Assembly: GCA_002269645.1 (NCBI GenBank)
Contig: NIVC01001228.1
Coordinates: 124,001-188,000 of the forward strand
Length of the DNA: 64,000 nucleotides
Source: Macrostomum lignano
Lineage: Eukaryota
Direction: 5' to 3'
In this document: in pieces, positions 29,091 to 40,274 of the stretch
How the letters are laid out: each line of letters opens with the position of its first letter
Numbering within the stretch: the stretch's first letter is position 1
Made by a program: the position numbers and the translations under genes
The notes under the pieces: generated by a model
Told to the model about the DNA's origin: nothing
Database searches by the model: none
What the model saw: the letters and a program-made list of their open reading frames with translations, nothing else

Positions 29091-30854
29091 GTATCAGCAT
29101 GGAGGACTACATATATACAATTGTCAGCTTTACAACTGCACAACGTTGTCAATTACTTACCAAATATTTCCTTAACAAATCGGTCCTTCAAGGTTGCAGA
29201 CTCAGAAAGATGCTATATATTAATTTTTTGCTGAAATCCACAAGTTTAAAAGCCGAGCTGGCTGATGTTGAACTGCAGGAAATTTAGCCGGCATCAAATG
29301 CCATATATTATATATTATAAAAGCGGCTAAATCCTTTATCAGCATACGTTACCTCTAGCTATCTAAGGCCAACTATCATTGGCTCCCATAGGAACTATCA
29401 GGTAGCCAATGAGTAGTTGAGGACATTCTTCTTGTATAGAAATTCGATGAATATAACAGTAAAACTCATCGTATACTACTGCCCAAGTAGCAGTTTAGCA
29501 TTGCACGACTATCTTCCAAAAAGAGGAGGCGATAGTGCAGGAGCCAGACCATGCCACATATCAAGCCACAACAACATCATGCAATGGCAACGAGCTGGTG
29601 GACCGCTCGGTCGGACTGCCTGCCCTCCCTGACGAAGTCATCCGTTAACCGAGCCATTCTTCAGACGGTTGAGCCACCAACACCAACTGCACTGGAAAAG
29701 ACAATGTTCGACCTGGAGATGCTGCAAAGCCATTATAATTTGTCATAGTTTCTTCCAGAGACTGCTCGATCCCTCATTGACCCTTTCTGCGGTTTAGAGA
29801 AGGAATTAAACAGCCGAGCACCAACGAGTCACATCCTCTGACCAAACCGGACTTGATCTGTGACCTATGCGCGTTCATATAGCAGAACTCCCGGCGACTT
29901 TCTACTGCTGGCGCTAAAACAGGGGGCCTCGCGGCTAATTAGGCAAGGGCCACGGATGGGACTCGCAGGACACAGCTCATTCCATTAACAAACCCAGAAG
30001 TGCAGGCTGCATAAAAGTACAGTGCGTCCGCGCAAGTTTTATTTTCAATTACCACGTTTTTACCATACTTTTTCCAGGGCTTGATTTTTTTACAATTTTT
30101 AGTGAAGCTTGTTTTTTTTTAAATTCAGTTCATGGTCAAGCATTTTGCGTAAGAAGTTTTTTAACACTTGCCGATTTTTGGGAAATTTTTTAGGTCATTT
30201 TTTGTTATTAAGACTCTTCCCGATTGGGGACGCCCTAGAAATAGCAGTGTTATGGCCTTTGTTTTTGTCATTAAGTCAATCGGGCTGTATAAACCGTGGC
30301 CCACTTTATCCGCGAGATGCATTACTGCCCATTCCGCGAATCCCCTGAGCAGGCAAGGATATACATACACAGGAGTGTACAGCAGCCCTAACTTTATTTA
30401 TCGTTAGGCATGTACACTTCACTGTGTCTTGAGGTTTGGCCCTCAATGACGTTAATTGCACGAGCAGAGCCAAGCAAGCCGTGTTAGTAAAGTAAAAAAG
30501 TATAGAAAACTTTTTAATTCGCGACAGCAATAAAATTTGCTTTTCATTAGTTTGTGTTGATTAAAAAATCAGGATAAAAAAGCTATCAATCCTACTAATA
30601 GTAGACAGAATCTACCCTACACTGAACCTACTGAAAATATATTTATTTAGGCAATACAGAGAAGTACTTGAAGTACATAGAACAAATGTAAGTAGTCAAA
30701 ATTCTAAAATGTCAAAAAATACTGTTCAAATGATTCCTTTGATGAGATCCGAGAATTCTGAAAATTTGGAGACAAATGAAATGTTTTTGCAATTTTACTA
30801 CGTTTAACCGTGAAGTAAAATCAGTAAGAGAAATTCATAAATGGTTTTCTTTCA

Positions 30855-30934
30855 TCAGACGACGCGCATGATTTCGTAATCAGTAGTTGCCAAGATTAAC
30901 AACTTTAGAGAGATTCCCAATAGTTTATCATCAT
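30855..30934 (-). ncRNA. Box C/D snoRNA copy 1 (double guide, 28S rRNA; SNORD79-like D' guide)
   Basis: Minus strand reads ATGATGA (C) ... GGGAATCTCT CTAA (guide + D') ... hairpin ... CTGATTA (C') ... AATCATGCGCGTCGT CTGA (guide + D). Guides are complementary to conserved LSU rRNA GAGAUUCCC and GUGACGCGCAUGA. Confidence 0.85.
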
Positions 30935-30974
30935 CGATTTCTAATGTTGATTGCAGTGCTGCAAGGGCGTTATT

Positions 30975-32400
30975 TGAGGGCTGAGGGTGATTCTTATAGA
31001 TGGTTGAGGGGTGATTCTTACAGATTGCTCAGGGCGATGCTTATAGGCCGAGGGGCGATTCTTATAGATGGCTGAGGGGTGATTCTTATAGATGGCTGAG
31101 GGGCGATTCTCATAGATGGCTGAGGGGTGATTCTTATAGATGGCTGAGGGGCGATTCTCATAGATGGCTGAGGGGTGATTCTTATAGATGGCCGAGGGGC
31201 GATTCTCATAGATGGCTGAGGGGTGATTCTTATAGATGGCTGAGGGGCGATTCTCATAGATGGCTGAGGGGTGATTCTTATAGATGGCTGAGGGGCGATT
31301 CTCATAGATGGCTGAGGGGTGATTCTTATAGATGGCTGAGGGGCGATTCTCATAGATGGCTGAGGGGTGATTCTTATAGATGGCTGAGTGGTGATTCTCA
31401 TAGATGGCTGAGGGGTGATTCTTATAGATGGCTGAGGGGCGATTCTCAGATGGCTGAGGGGTGATTCTTATAGATGGCTGAGGGGAGATTCTTATAGATG
31501 ACTGAGGGGTGATTCTTATAGATGGCTGAGGGGTGATTCTTATAGATGACTGAGGGGTGATTCTTATAGATGGCTGAGTGGTGATTCTTATAGATGGGTG
31601 AGTGGTGATTCTTATAGATGGCTGAGGGGTGATTCTTATAGATGGCTGAGGGGAGATTCTTATAGATGGCTGAGGGGAGATTCTTATAGATGGCTGAGTG
31701 GTGATTCTTATAGATGGCTGAGGGTGACTTTTATAGATGGCTGAGGGGTGGTTCTTATATATGGCTGAGGGGTGGTTCTTATAGATGGCTGAGGGGTGGT
31801 TCTTATAGATGGCTGAGGGGAGATTCTTATAGATGGCTGAGTGGTGATTCTTATAGATGGCTGAGGGGTGATTCTTATAGATGGCTGAGGGGAGATTCTT
31901 ATAGATGGCTGAGGGGAGATTCTTATAGATGGCTGAGGGGAGATTCTTATAGATGGCTGAGTGGTGATTCTTATAGATGGCTGAGGGTGACTTTTATAGA
32001 TGGCTGAGGGGTGGTTCTTATATATGGCTGAGGGGTGGTTCTTATAGATGGCTGAGGGGTGGTTCTTATAGATGGCTGAGGGGAGATTCTTATAGATGGC
32101 TGAGTGGTGATTCTTATAGATGGCTGAGGGGAGATTCTTATAGATGGCTGAGGGGAGATTCTTATAGATGGCTGAGGGGAGATTCTTATAGATGGCTGAA
32201 GGGTGATTCTTATAGATGGCTGAGGGGTGATTCTTATAGATGGCTGAGGGGTGATTTTTATAGTTGACTGAGGGGTGATTCTTATAGATGGCTGAGTGGT
32301 GATTCTTATAGATGGGTGAGTGGTGATTCTTATAGATGGCTGAGGGGTGGTTCTTATAGATGGCTGAGGGGCGATTCTTATAGATGGCTGAGGGGTGATT
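30975..32400. repeat. 24-bp minisatellite (GATTCTTATAGATGGCTGAGGGGT)
   Basis: Period 24, in the snoRNA copy 1 intron. Confidence 0.97.
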
Positions 32401-32610
32401 CTTTCGAGTAAAAAATATCCATCTAGACAAAATAGTTCAAAGCAGACATACCGAGGAACATTGGTTAAACCGATTAACCAAGCCGAATGTTAAAATTTCG
32501 GAGCAATGATGTGGTACATCTAAAAATAGATGGAATAAAAAAGATGCTTGAGTCTATTTTGACATGAAAATGAAAATTTACGTCATTAAAAATTAGTCAA
32601 TTATTAAAAC

Positions 32611-32692
32611 TCAGACGACGCGCATGATTTTGTAATCAGAAGCTGTCAAAAGATTTTGAAAGCTTTAGAGAGATTCCCAAGGTTATCATCAT
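32611..32692 (-). ncRNA. Box C/D snoRNA copy 2
   Basis: Same boxes and invariant guides as copy 1. Located in a 222-nt intron (32520-32741). Confidence 0.87.
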
Positions 32693-32919
32693 TGAAGAAA
32701 ACTAAATTAAGCAGATTCATGTGCCATAACAGTATGCCTACCTGTGTCCGATTGAGGCACTAGAAATGATTTATCTCGATAGAAAGACAATGAAAATTTT
32801 CATCTGCCGACATGAATCGAATCTGAAAGTTTTTTTCAAAGAACGAACCGATATTTTAGAATTAATGATGACAACGTATTAATGTTATAAAACTAAAAAA
32901 ACATAACGTTTAATTCAAG

Positions 32920-33003
32920 TCAGACGACGCGCATGATTTTGTAATCAGTAGCTTAAGATTAAATTTCTAAAGCTTTAGAGAGATTCCCAATAGTTATCAT
33001 CAT
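32920..33003 (-). ncRNA. Box C/D snoRNA copy 3
   Basis: Same boxes and guides. D box is 96 nt upstream of a TTTCAG acceptor. Confidence 0.87.
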
Positions 33004-33064
33004 TAAAATACAGTGATTTTTTAAGTATGAGCCAACTCAGGGGCGGTTTGAGAGCGACTCTTAG

Positions 33065-34015
33065 GAGTTGTCTATGGCCGATTCTCATGGATTGTCTATG
33101 GCCGATTCTCTTGGGTTGTCTATGGCCGATTCTCTTGGGTTGTCTATGGCCGTTTCTCATGGATTGTCTATGGCCGATTCTCTTGGGTTGTCTATGGCCG
33201 TTTTTCATGGATTGTCTATGGCCGATTCTCTTGGGTTGTCTATGGCCGTTTCTCATGGACTATCTATGGCCGATTCTCTTGGGTTGTCTATGGCCGATTC
33301 TCATGGATTGTCTATGGCCGATTCTCTTGGGTTGTCTATGGCCGTTTCTCATGGATTGTCTATGGCCGATTCTCTTGGGTTGTCTATGGCCGTTTTTCAT
33401 GGATTGTCTATGGCCGATTCTCTTGGGTTGTCTATGGCCGTTTCTCATGGACTATCTATGGCCGATTCTCTTGGGTTGTCCATGGCCGATTCTCTTGGGT
33501 TGTCTATGGCCGATTCTCATGGATTGTCTATGGCCGATTCTCTTGGGTTGTCCATGGCCGATTCTCATGGATTGTCTATGGCCGATTCTCTTGGGTTGTC
33601 TATGGCCGATTCTCATGGATTGTCTATGGCCGATTCTCTTGGATTGTCTATGGCCGTTTCTCATTGATTATCTATGGCCGATTCTCTTGGGTTGTCCATG
33701 GCCGATTCTCATGAATTATCTATGGCCGATTCTCTTGGATTGTCTATGGCCGATTCTCTTGGGTTGTCCATGGCCGATTCTCATGAATTATCTATGGCCG
33801 ATTCTCTTGGGTTGTCCATGGCCGATTCTCATGAATTATCTATGGCCGATTCTGTTGGATTGTCTATGGCCGATTCTCTTGGGTTGTCCATGGCCGATTC
33901 TCATGAATTATCTATGGCCGATTCTCTTGGATTGTCTATGGCCGATTCTCATGGATTGTCTATGGGTGATTCTCATGGGTTGTCTATGGGCGATTGTCAG
34001 GGTCTATAGACAATT
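33065..34015. repeat. 24-bp minisatellite (CTATGGCCGATTCTCTTGGGTTGT)
   Basis: Period 24, in the snoRNA copy 3 intron. Confidence 0.97.
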
Positions 34016-34219
34016 CTAATTCTGATCTATGGGTGACATTGCCAAATTGTATAGTGATGTTTACTGTGTGAAATACTTACCAAATCTCCGATTTCAAGCC
34101 AACAACCGTAAATATTTTAACAAAAACCACGTTGCTCTGAAATTACGCAAAAAATCTGCTATGTTTCTCGCACGTAGAAATATCATTGGCTACTGTAAAT
34201 AATATTAAGTAACTTGGAA

Positions 34220-34298
34220 TCAGACGACGCGCATGATTTTGTAATCAGTAGCTTAGATATCCTTAGCTTTAGAGAGATTCCCTATAGATTATCATCAT
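34220..34298 (-). ncRNA. Box C/D snoRNA copy 4
   Basis: Same boxes and guides. D box is 82 nt upstream of a TTTCAG acceptor. Confidence 0.87.
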
Positions 34299-34354
34299 CG
34301 ATTGTACTTGGAAGATGAAATGCTCTAAAGCTGGTTTTGTGCATTTCTTATAAG

Positions 34355-34720
34355 AGTTGAAGGGCGATTCTTGAGCTGGTTTAGGGGCGATTCTTAGGGT
34401 AGTTTAGGGGCGACTTTTAGGGTGGTTTAGGGGCGATTTTTAGGGTGGTTTAGGGGCGATTCTTAGGGTAGTTTAGGGGCGACTTTTAGGGTGGTTTAGG
34501 CTTTATGGGCGATTCTTAGGGTAGTTTTAGGGGCAATTTTTAGGGTGGTTTAGGGGTGATTTTTAGGGTGGTTTAGGGGCGATTATTAGGGTATTCTAGG
34601 GCTGATTCTTAGGGTAGTTTAGGGGCGATTATTAGGGTATTCTAGGGGTGATTCTTAGAGTAGTTTAGGCGAGATTCTTAGAGTGGTTAAGGGGCGATTT
34701 CTGGGGTGGTTTAGGGGCGA
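34355..34720. repeat. ~24-bp diverged minisatellite (GGGGCGATTCTTAGGGTAGTTTA)
   Basis: In the snoRNA copy 4 intron. Confidence 0.9.
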
Positions 34721-34983
34721 TTAATAGAAATACTTCAGGCAAATTGCTAAAAAGGGTTACGGCGATTTTTAAGGGTATTTAAGGTCGAAGATGGAGAACT
34801 TTTAAAACAGATTCACAACACTTTATTGATCCTACTTACCACATCCTAATATTTACAGTTAACAGACTAATTCCACAACCGCTCTAAAATAGCGACCTGA
34901 AAAATGCGAACGATTAAAAATCAAATAAACCCAACTGCTATAACAATAAAGTTTTTAATAAGCAATGAAGCTAAAGATAAAAC

Positions 34984-35070
34984 TCAGACGACGCGCATGA
35001 TTTCGTAATCAGTAGCTTTTAGATTCGAAAATCTGAAGCTTTAGAGAGATTCCCAAAATGTTATCATCAT
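34984..35070 (-). ncRNA. Box C/D snoRNA copy 5
   Basis: Same boxes and guides. Clear internal hairpin agctt/aagct plus agatt/aatct between D' and C'. Confidence 0.87.
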
Positions 35071-35114
35071 TTCTTGAATGTGTACTTGTGCTCTGCAGCC
35101 TACTTAGTGTGTTT

Positions 35115-35620
35115 CTTAGAATGGGCTTCAGGCCTATTCTTGGAAGGGGCTTAAGGGCCATTCTTGGAAGGGGTTTAAGGGCCATTCTTGGAAATGGTTT
35201 AAGGGCCATTCTTGGAAGGGGTTTAAGGGCCATTCTTGGAAGGGGTTTAAGGGCCATTCTTGGAAATGGTTTAAGGGCCATTCTTGGAAGGGGTTTAAGG
35301 GCCATTCTTGGAAGGGGTTTAAGGGCCATTCTTGGAAGGGGCTTAAGGGCCATTCTTGGAAGGGGTTTAAGGGCCATTCTTGGAAATGGTTTAAGGGCCA
35401 TTCTTGGAAGGTGTTTAAGGGCCATTCTTGGAAGGTGTTTAAGGGCCATTCTTGGAAGGTGTTTAAGGGCCATTCTTGGAAGGTGTTTAAGGGCCATTCT
35501 TGGAAATGGTTTAAGGGCCATTTTTGGAAGGGCTTAAGGGTCATTCTTGGAAGAGGTTTAAGGGCCACTCTAGGAGGGGAGTTAAGGGCCATTCTTAAAA
35601 GGGGTTTAAGGGCAATGTTT
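35115..35620. repeat. 24-bp minisatellite (AAGGGCCATTCTTGGAAGGGGTTT)
   Basis: Period 24, in the snoRNA copy 5 intron. Confidence 0.95.
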
Positions 35621-35912
35621 TTAAGGAGTTAAAGAGCGGTTATTGCAGTGATTTTTAAAGGAATTATAAAAGTTGTTTTATACCTAGATAGTAACTGACT
35701 ATTTCCAAGTGAAACAAACATAAAAACATGAAAAATTAGTTTTACATAGATAATAATCACGCACCTTACATTAGTTGAACTGGAAATTACAACCGCACGT
35801 ATTCAGCTCGAATCCGTATCTCTAGAAATATCTAAAAATAAAGATAAATATGATAGTTACTATAAAAAATTATAAAGCTTTTTATAACTTGTTTATCTAA
35901 AAGTTCCCTTAG

Positions 35913-35986
35913 TCAGACGACGCGCATGATACTGTAATCAGTAGCTTATGTAAAGCTTTAGAGAGATTCCCATTAGTTATCATCAT
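35913..35986 (-). ncRNA. Box C/D snoRNA copy 6
   Basis: Same boxes and guides, with the shortest internal hairpin. Located in a ~200-nt intron. Confidence 0.87.
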
Positions 35987-36214
35987 TATAGATACCGATA
36001 TAATTACTAGAATGCTGATATGCACTTACACGGAAAATGAAATCTTGAAAACGCCATGAAATAAAACTTCATTTTGAAATATCGTCTTGATAATCGGTGC
36101 GTGTTGTTCAAGTCGTTACGATGTTTCTGAAACAAAAAATCAATATGCTACTTTAAGTAGAAATGTCCAGAAATTAATAAAACTCTTAGTCATGATAATT
36201 ATAAAGTCGTAATT

Positions 36215-36655
36215 CTTTGAAGGGTATATTGAAGGTCAATCTTGTTTCACAGGGGCGTTTCTGTAGAGGGTATATTGAAGGTCAATCTTGTTTCACAGGG
36301 GCGTTTCTGTAGAGGGTATATTGAAGGTCAACCTTGTGACATAGGCCCGTTTCTGTAGAGGGTATATTGAAGGTCAATCTTGTGTCATCGGCCTGTTTCT
36401 GTAGAGGGTATATTGAAGGTCAATCTTGTGTCATAGGCCCGTTTCTGTAGAGGGTATATTGAAGGTCAATCTTGTGTCATAGGCCCGTTTCTGTAGAGGG
36501 TATATTGAAGGTCAATCTTGTGTCATAGGCCCGTTTCTGTAGAGGGCATATTGAAGGTCAATCTTGTGTCACTGAGGAAAGTCTGTAGAGGGTATATTGA
36601 AGGTCAAACTTGTGTCACTGAGGGAATTCTGTAGAGGGTATATTGAAGGTCAATA
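36215..36655. repeat. 46-bp minisatellite (CTGTAGAGGGTATATTGAAGGTCAATCTTGTGTCATAGGCCCGTTT)
   Basis: Period 46, about 9-10 copies. Confidence 0.93.
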
Positions 36656-37558
36656 TTGCGTTTAAACTAAAAAGAACTATTAATCCTATAGGATCTACGT
36701 AAAGTCAAATAAGCAAAACAAGAATAGAGAACAGGTCCAGTAAAAAAGCACAAACTTCGAAAATGGTGTGCCACAAAATCGCATAGCCCGGAACTTAATA
36801 AATAAGCCTAGACATTACAGGCCCGAGCTGAGCTTTACACGACAAACAGCAGCATTATTCATTTAGTATTATTATTCATATATATTATTGTATTGTAGAT
36901 GTAGTAGGTCAATTAACTGCAAAATAGAAACATAATTAACAAACTTAACGATTGGCCAATTACAGCTGTTTAGCATGTACTACTATAAGTATTAATTAGT
37001 TATATTAGAAAAGAAAATAGTTACATTTTATTAATAGTTATAACTTTTGTTTTTATGATAACTTTAAAAAATAACTTTCTAAATGCAAACGACACCAATA
37101 AAAAAAACCACATACACTACTCAAATACGCGACTCATTATTCACCCATTAAACTAACATTATAATCAATAGTATTTATTAAAACACGACACAACAGTGAC
37201 ACCGGATTTAGTACAAAAAACCAACTGAAAACAAGTTTCGCTTCCGATGAAATTTGTTGGTTTAGAAACGAACAATGCACAGCGTACACAACTCACTACC
37301 TGCCTGTGTATGTAAGTAGAAATGACGGAGCATTGGAATTAAAACTTTTAGTTGCGCATAAAAATAGAGACCAAAATATAGTGCGTTATTTTTAATATTC
37401 CCAGATTTGACAATAACTGCGGCACAAAGATAAGAATAAATGAATATTGTTTTGGATGATCCAGCAGCTACCAAAATTAGGGATGGGTGGCTCACAGTTT
37501 ACAGACTGTTTTTTTGCATAAACAAAAATTGCCAGTATTAATATCCGCCATCTACTGC

Positions 37559-37647
37559 TCAATCATCCTCGTTTTCGTCAGCGTTGTCTTCCTCTTCACC
37601 GACGTCCTCTTCGTCCAGATCCTCTTCTTCATCGTCGTCTTCCTCGT
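37559..37647 (-). CDS. SET: SET coding exon 4 (acidic tail)
   Basis: Acceptor taattccccgcag|AC. Encodes DEEDDDEEEDLDEEDVGEEEDNADENEDD*, the typical acidic C-terminus. Total CDS is 780 nt. Confidence 0.9.
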
Positions 37648-37671
37648 CTGCGGGGAATTAGTGGGTCCACG

Positions 37672-38845
37672 ATGCTTCAGTTATCACACAGATACCCCCT
37701 GATGCTTCAGATATCACACAGATACCCCCTGATGCTTCAGTTATCACACAGATACCCCCTGATGCTTCAGATATCACGTAGGTACCCTCTGATGCTTCAG
37801 ATATTACACAGATACCCCCTGATGCTTCAGTTATCACACAGATACCCCCTGATGCTTCAGATATCACACAGATACCCCCTGATGCTTCAGTTATCACACA
37901 GATACCCCCTGATGCTTCAGTTATCACACAGATACCACCTGATGCTTCAGATATCCCACAGATACCCCCTGATGCTTCAGTTATCACACAGATACCCCTT
38001 GATGCTTCAGATATCACACAGATACCCCTTGATGCTTCAGATATCACACAGATACCCCTTGATGCTTCAGATATCACACAGATACCCCCTGATGCTTCAG
38101 ATATCACACAGATATCCCCTGATGCTTCAGTTATAACACAGATACCCCCTGATACTTCAGATATCACACGGTACACTCTGATGCTTCAGTTATCACACAG
38201 ATACCCCCTGATGCTTCAGTTATCACACAGATACCCCCTGATGCTTCAGATATCACACAGATACCCCCTGATGCTTCAGTTATCACACAGATACCCCCTG
38301 ATGCTTCAGTTATCACACAGATACCCCCTGATGCTTCAGATATCACACAGATACCCCCTGATGCTTCAGATATCACACAGATACCCCCTGATGCTTCAGA
38401 TATCACACAGATACCCCTTGATGCTTCAGATATCACACAGATACCCCTTGATGCTGCAGATATCACACAGATACCCCCTGATGCTTCAGATATCACACAG
38501 ATATCCCCTGATGCTTCAGTTATCACACAGATACCCCCTGATGCTTCAGATATCACACGGTACACTCTGATGCTTCAGTTATCACACAGATACCCCCTGA
38601 TGCTTCAGTTATCACACAGATACCCCCTGATGCTTCAGATATCACACAGATACCCCCTGATGCTTCAGTTATCACACAGATACCCCCTGATGCTTCAGAT
38701 ATCACAGGGTACACTCTGATGCTTCAGATATCACACAGGTACCCCCTGATGCTTCAGATATCACACAGATACCCCCTGATGCTTTAGATATCTCACAGGT
38801 ACCCTCTGATGCTTCAGTTATCACACAGATACCCCCTGATGCTCC
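37672..38845. repeat. 30-bp minisatellite filling SET intron 3
   Basis: GATGCTTCAGATATCACACAGATACCCCCT. Explains ORFs at 37658-38570. Confidence 0.97.
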
Positions 38846-38871
38846 GCATGCAATTGCTAATCGAAACTCAC

Positions 38872-39190
38872 CATCCATACCGCTGCCATCCATTTCCGAG
38901 GCCAGATAATACTGCAACGGATTTGGCCAAATATCGTCTTTGATCACTTCGCCAAGCTCGTCCTGGGTAGCGTCACCCTGGCTGGTGAACCAGGCAAAGA
39001 ACGATTCGACTTCTTCATAGCCGCGCTTTTTACCGGCTTTGCCGGGTCCGCCCGAACCGGCCTTCTTAGTGGGATCTTTGCCCGGATACCAGTCGATTGG
39101 CGAAATCTCCGTACGGGGCTCGCCGCCTTCGCCAAGATGGAATTCTTTCCACAGCACTTCATTCTTGAAGTAGGAGTTCTTTTCGAAAGT
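38872..39190 (-). CDS. SET: SET coding exon 3
   Basis: [19 protein letters not shown]...ESFFAWF...[20 protein letters not shown]. Acceptor ctgcccccag| and donor ATGG ATG|GTGAGT (phase 1). Confidence 0.95.
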
Positions 39191-39239
39191 CTGGGGGCAG
39201 TTTAGGGTGGGTTGGTTAGTATTATAGAGTAGATTGCAT

Positions 39240-39850
39240 CATGAATATTCAGTGGATTGCTAGACTGACACTCATCTGAATATTCACTGGATTGCTAGAC
39301 TGACACTCATCTGAATATTCACTGGATTGCTAGACTGACACTCACCTGAATACTCAGTGGATTGCTAGATTGAAACTCACCTGAATACTAAGTGGATTGC
39401 TAGACTGACACTCATCTGAATATTCAGTGGATTGCTAGACTGACACTCACCTGAATACTCAGTGGATTGCTAGACTGACACTCACCTGAATACTCAGTGG
39501 ATTGCTAGACTGACACTCACCTGAATACTCAGTGGATTGCTAGACTGACACTCACCTGAATACTCAGTGGATTGCTAGACTGACACTCACCTGAATATCA
39601 GTGGATTGCTAAACTGACACTCACCTGAATATTCAGTGGATTGCTAGACTGACACTCACCTGAATATTCAGTGGATTGCTAGACTGACACTCACCTGAAT
39701 ATTCAGTGGATTGCTAGACTGACACTCACCTGAATATTCAGTGGATTGCTAGACTGACACTCACCTGAATATTCAGTGGATTGCTAGACTGACACTCATC
39801 TGAATATTCAGTGGATTGCTAGACTGACACTCACCTGAATACTCAGTGGA
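39240..39850. repeat. 35-bp minisatellite filling SET intron 2
   Basis: CAGTGGATTGCTAGACTGACACTCACCTGAATACT, about 17 copies. Confidence 0.97.
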
Positions 39851-39969
39851 TTACTACATCAAATCACAATACACTTTTGTAGTTTCATAAGTGACTTTTA
39901 TTCACCCAAAAACTGTTCCCTATTAAACCGATTTTAAATTGATGACAGATTATTAAAAAAATCACTCAC

Positions 39970-40274
39970 AAAGGACACTTTGTATCCGGACTTAATGTCC
40001 TCAAACTCGGTGACATCAACTTTCTTCAGGTACTGCAGAATGTCTTCGTCATCCTCAGTAAGCATGCTGGACACCTGGGGATGATTGACAAACGCAGTAA
40101 CCCAGAAGTTTGGTATTTTAGCAATCAGCTCGGATCGTTTGACGAAATGCGGCTGACGCAGCTTGTTGTACTTTTGCTCAACTTTGAGAATCTCTTCGCT
40201 AGCAGACTCGTTCAGCTTGTCAATCTCCGTTTGAACCTCGTCGATTTTGTCAACAGCATCTTGGGCGGCTCGCT
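39970..40274 (-). CDS. SET: SET coding exon 2
   Basis: [59 protein letters not shown] is the SET NAP-domain signature. Acceptor ggaacag| and donor TTT|GTGAGT. Confidence 0.95.

Larger units (their letters stand above)
30632..36916 (-). ncRNA. Spliced non-coding snoRNA host gene (GAS5/UHG-like organisation)
   Basis: Small AT-rich exons with good splice sites: 36126-36030, ~35821-35770, 34896-34840, 34136-34081, 32822-32742, 32519-32452, and an acceptor at 30759-30758. Exon 34896-34840 has stops in all three frames. The outer boundaries are tentative. Confidence 0.7.

Noticed and set aside
29480-29900. Possible 3' remnant of an L2/CR1 LINE (SF-LPETARSL resembles SFFP.AIRL)
   Set aside because: Only a short frameshifted resemblance, with no RT motifs, tail or TSD recognised.
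30040-30520. Possible MITE with degenerate TIRs (atacttttt / aaaaaagtat)
   Set aside because: The match is short and AT-rich, and no TSD was found.
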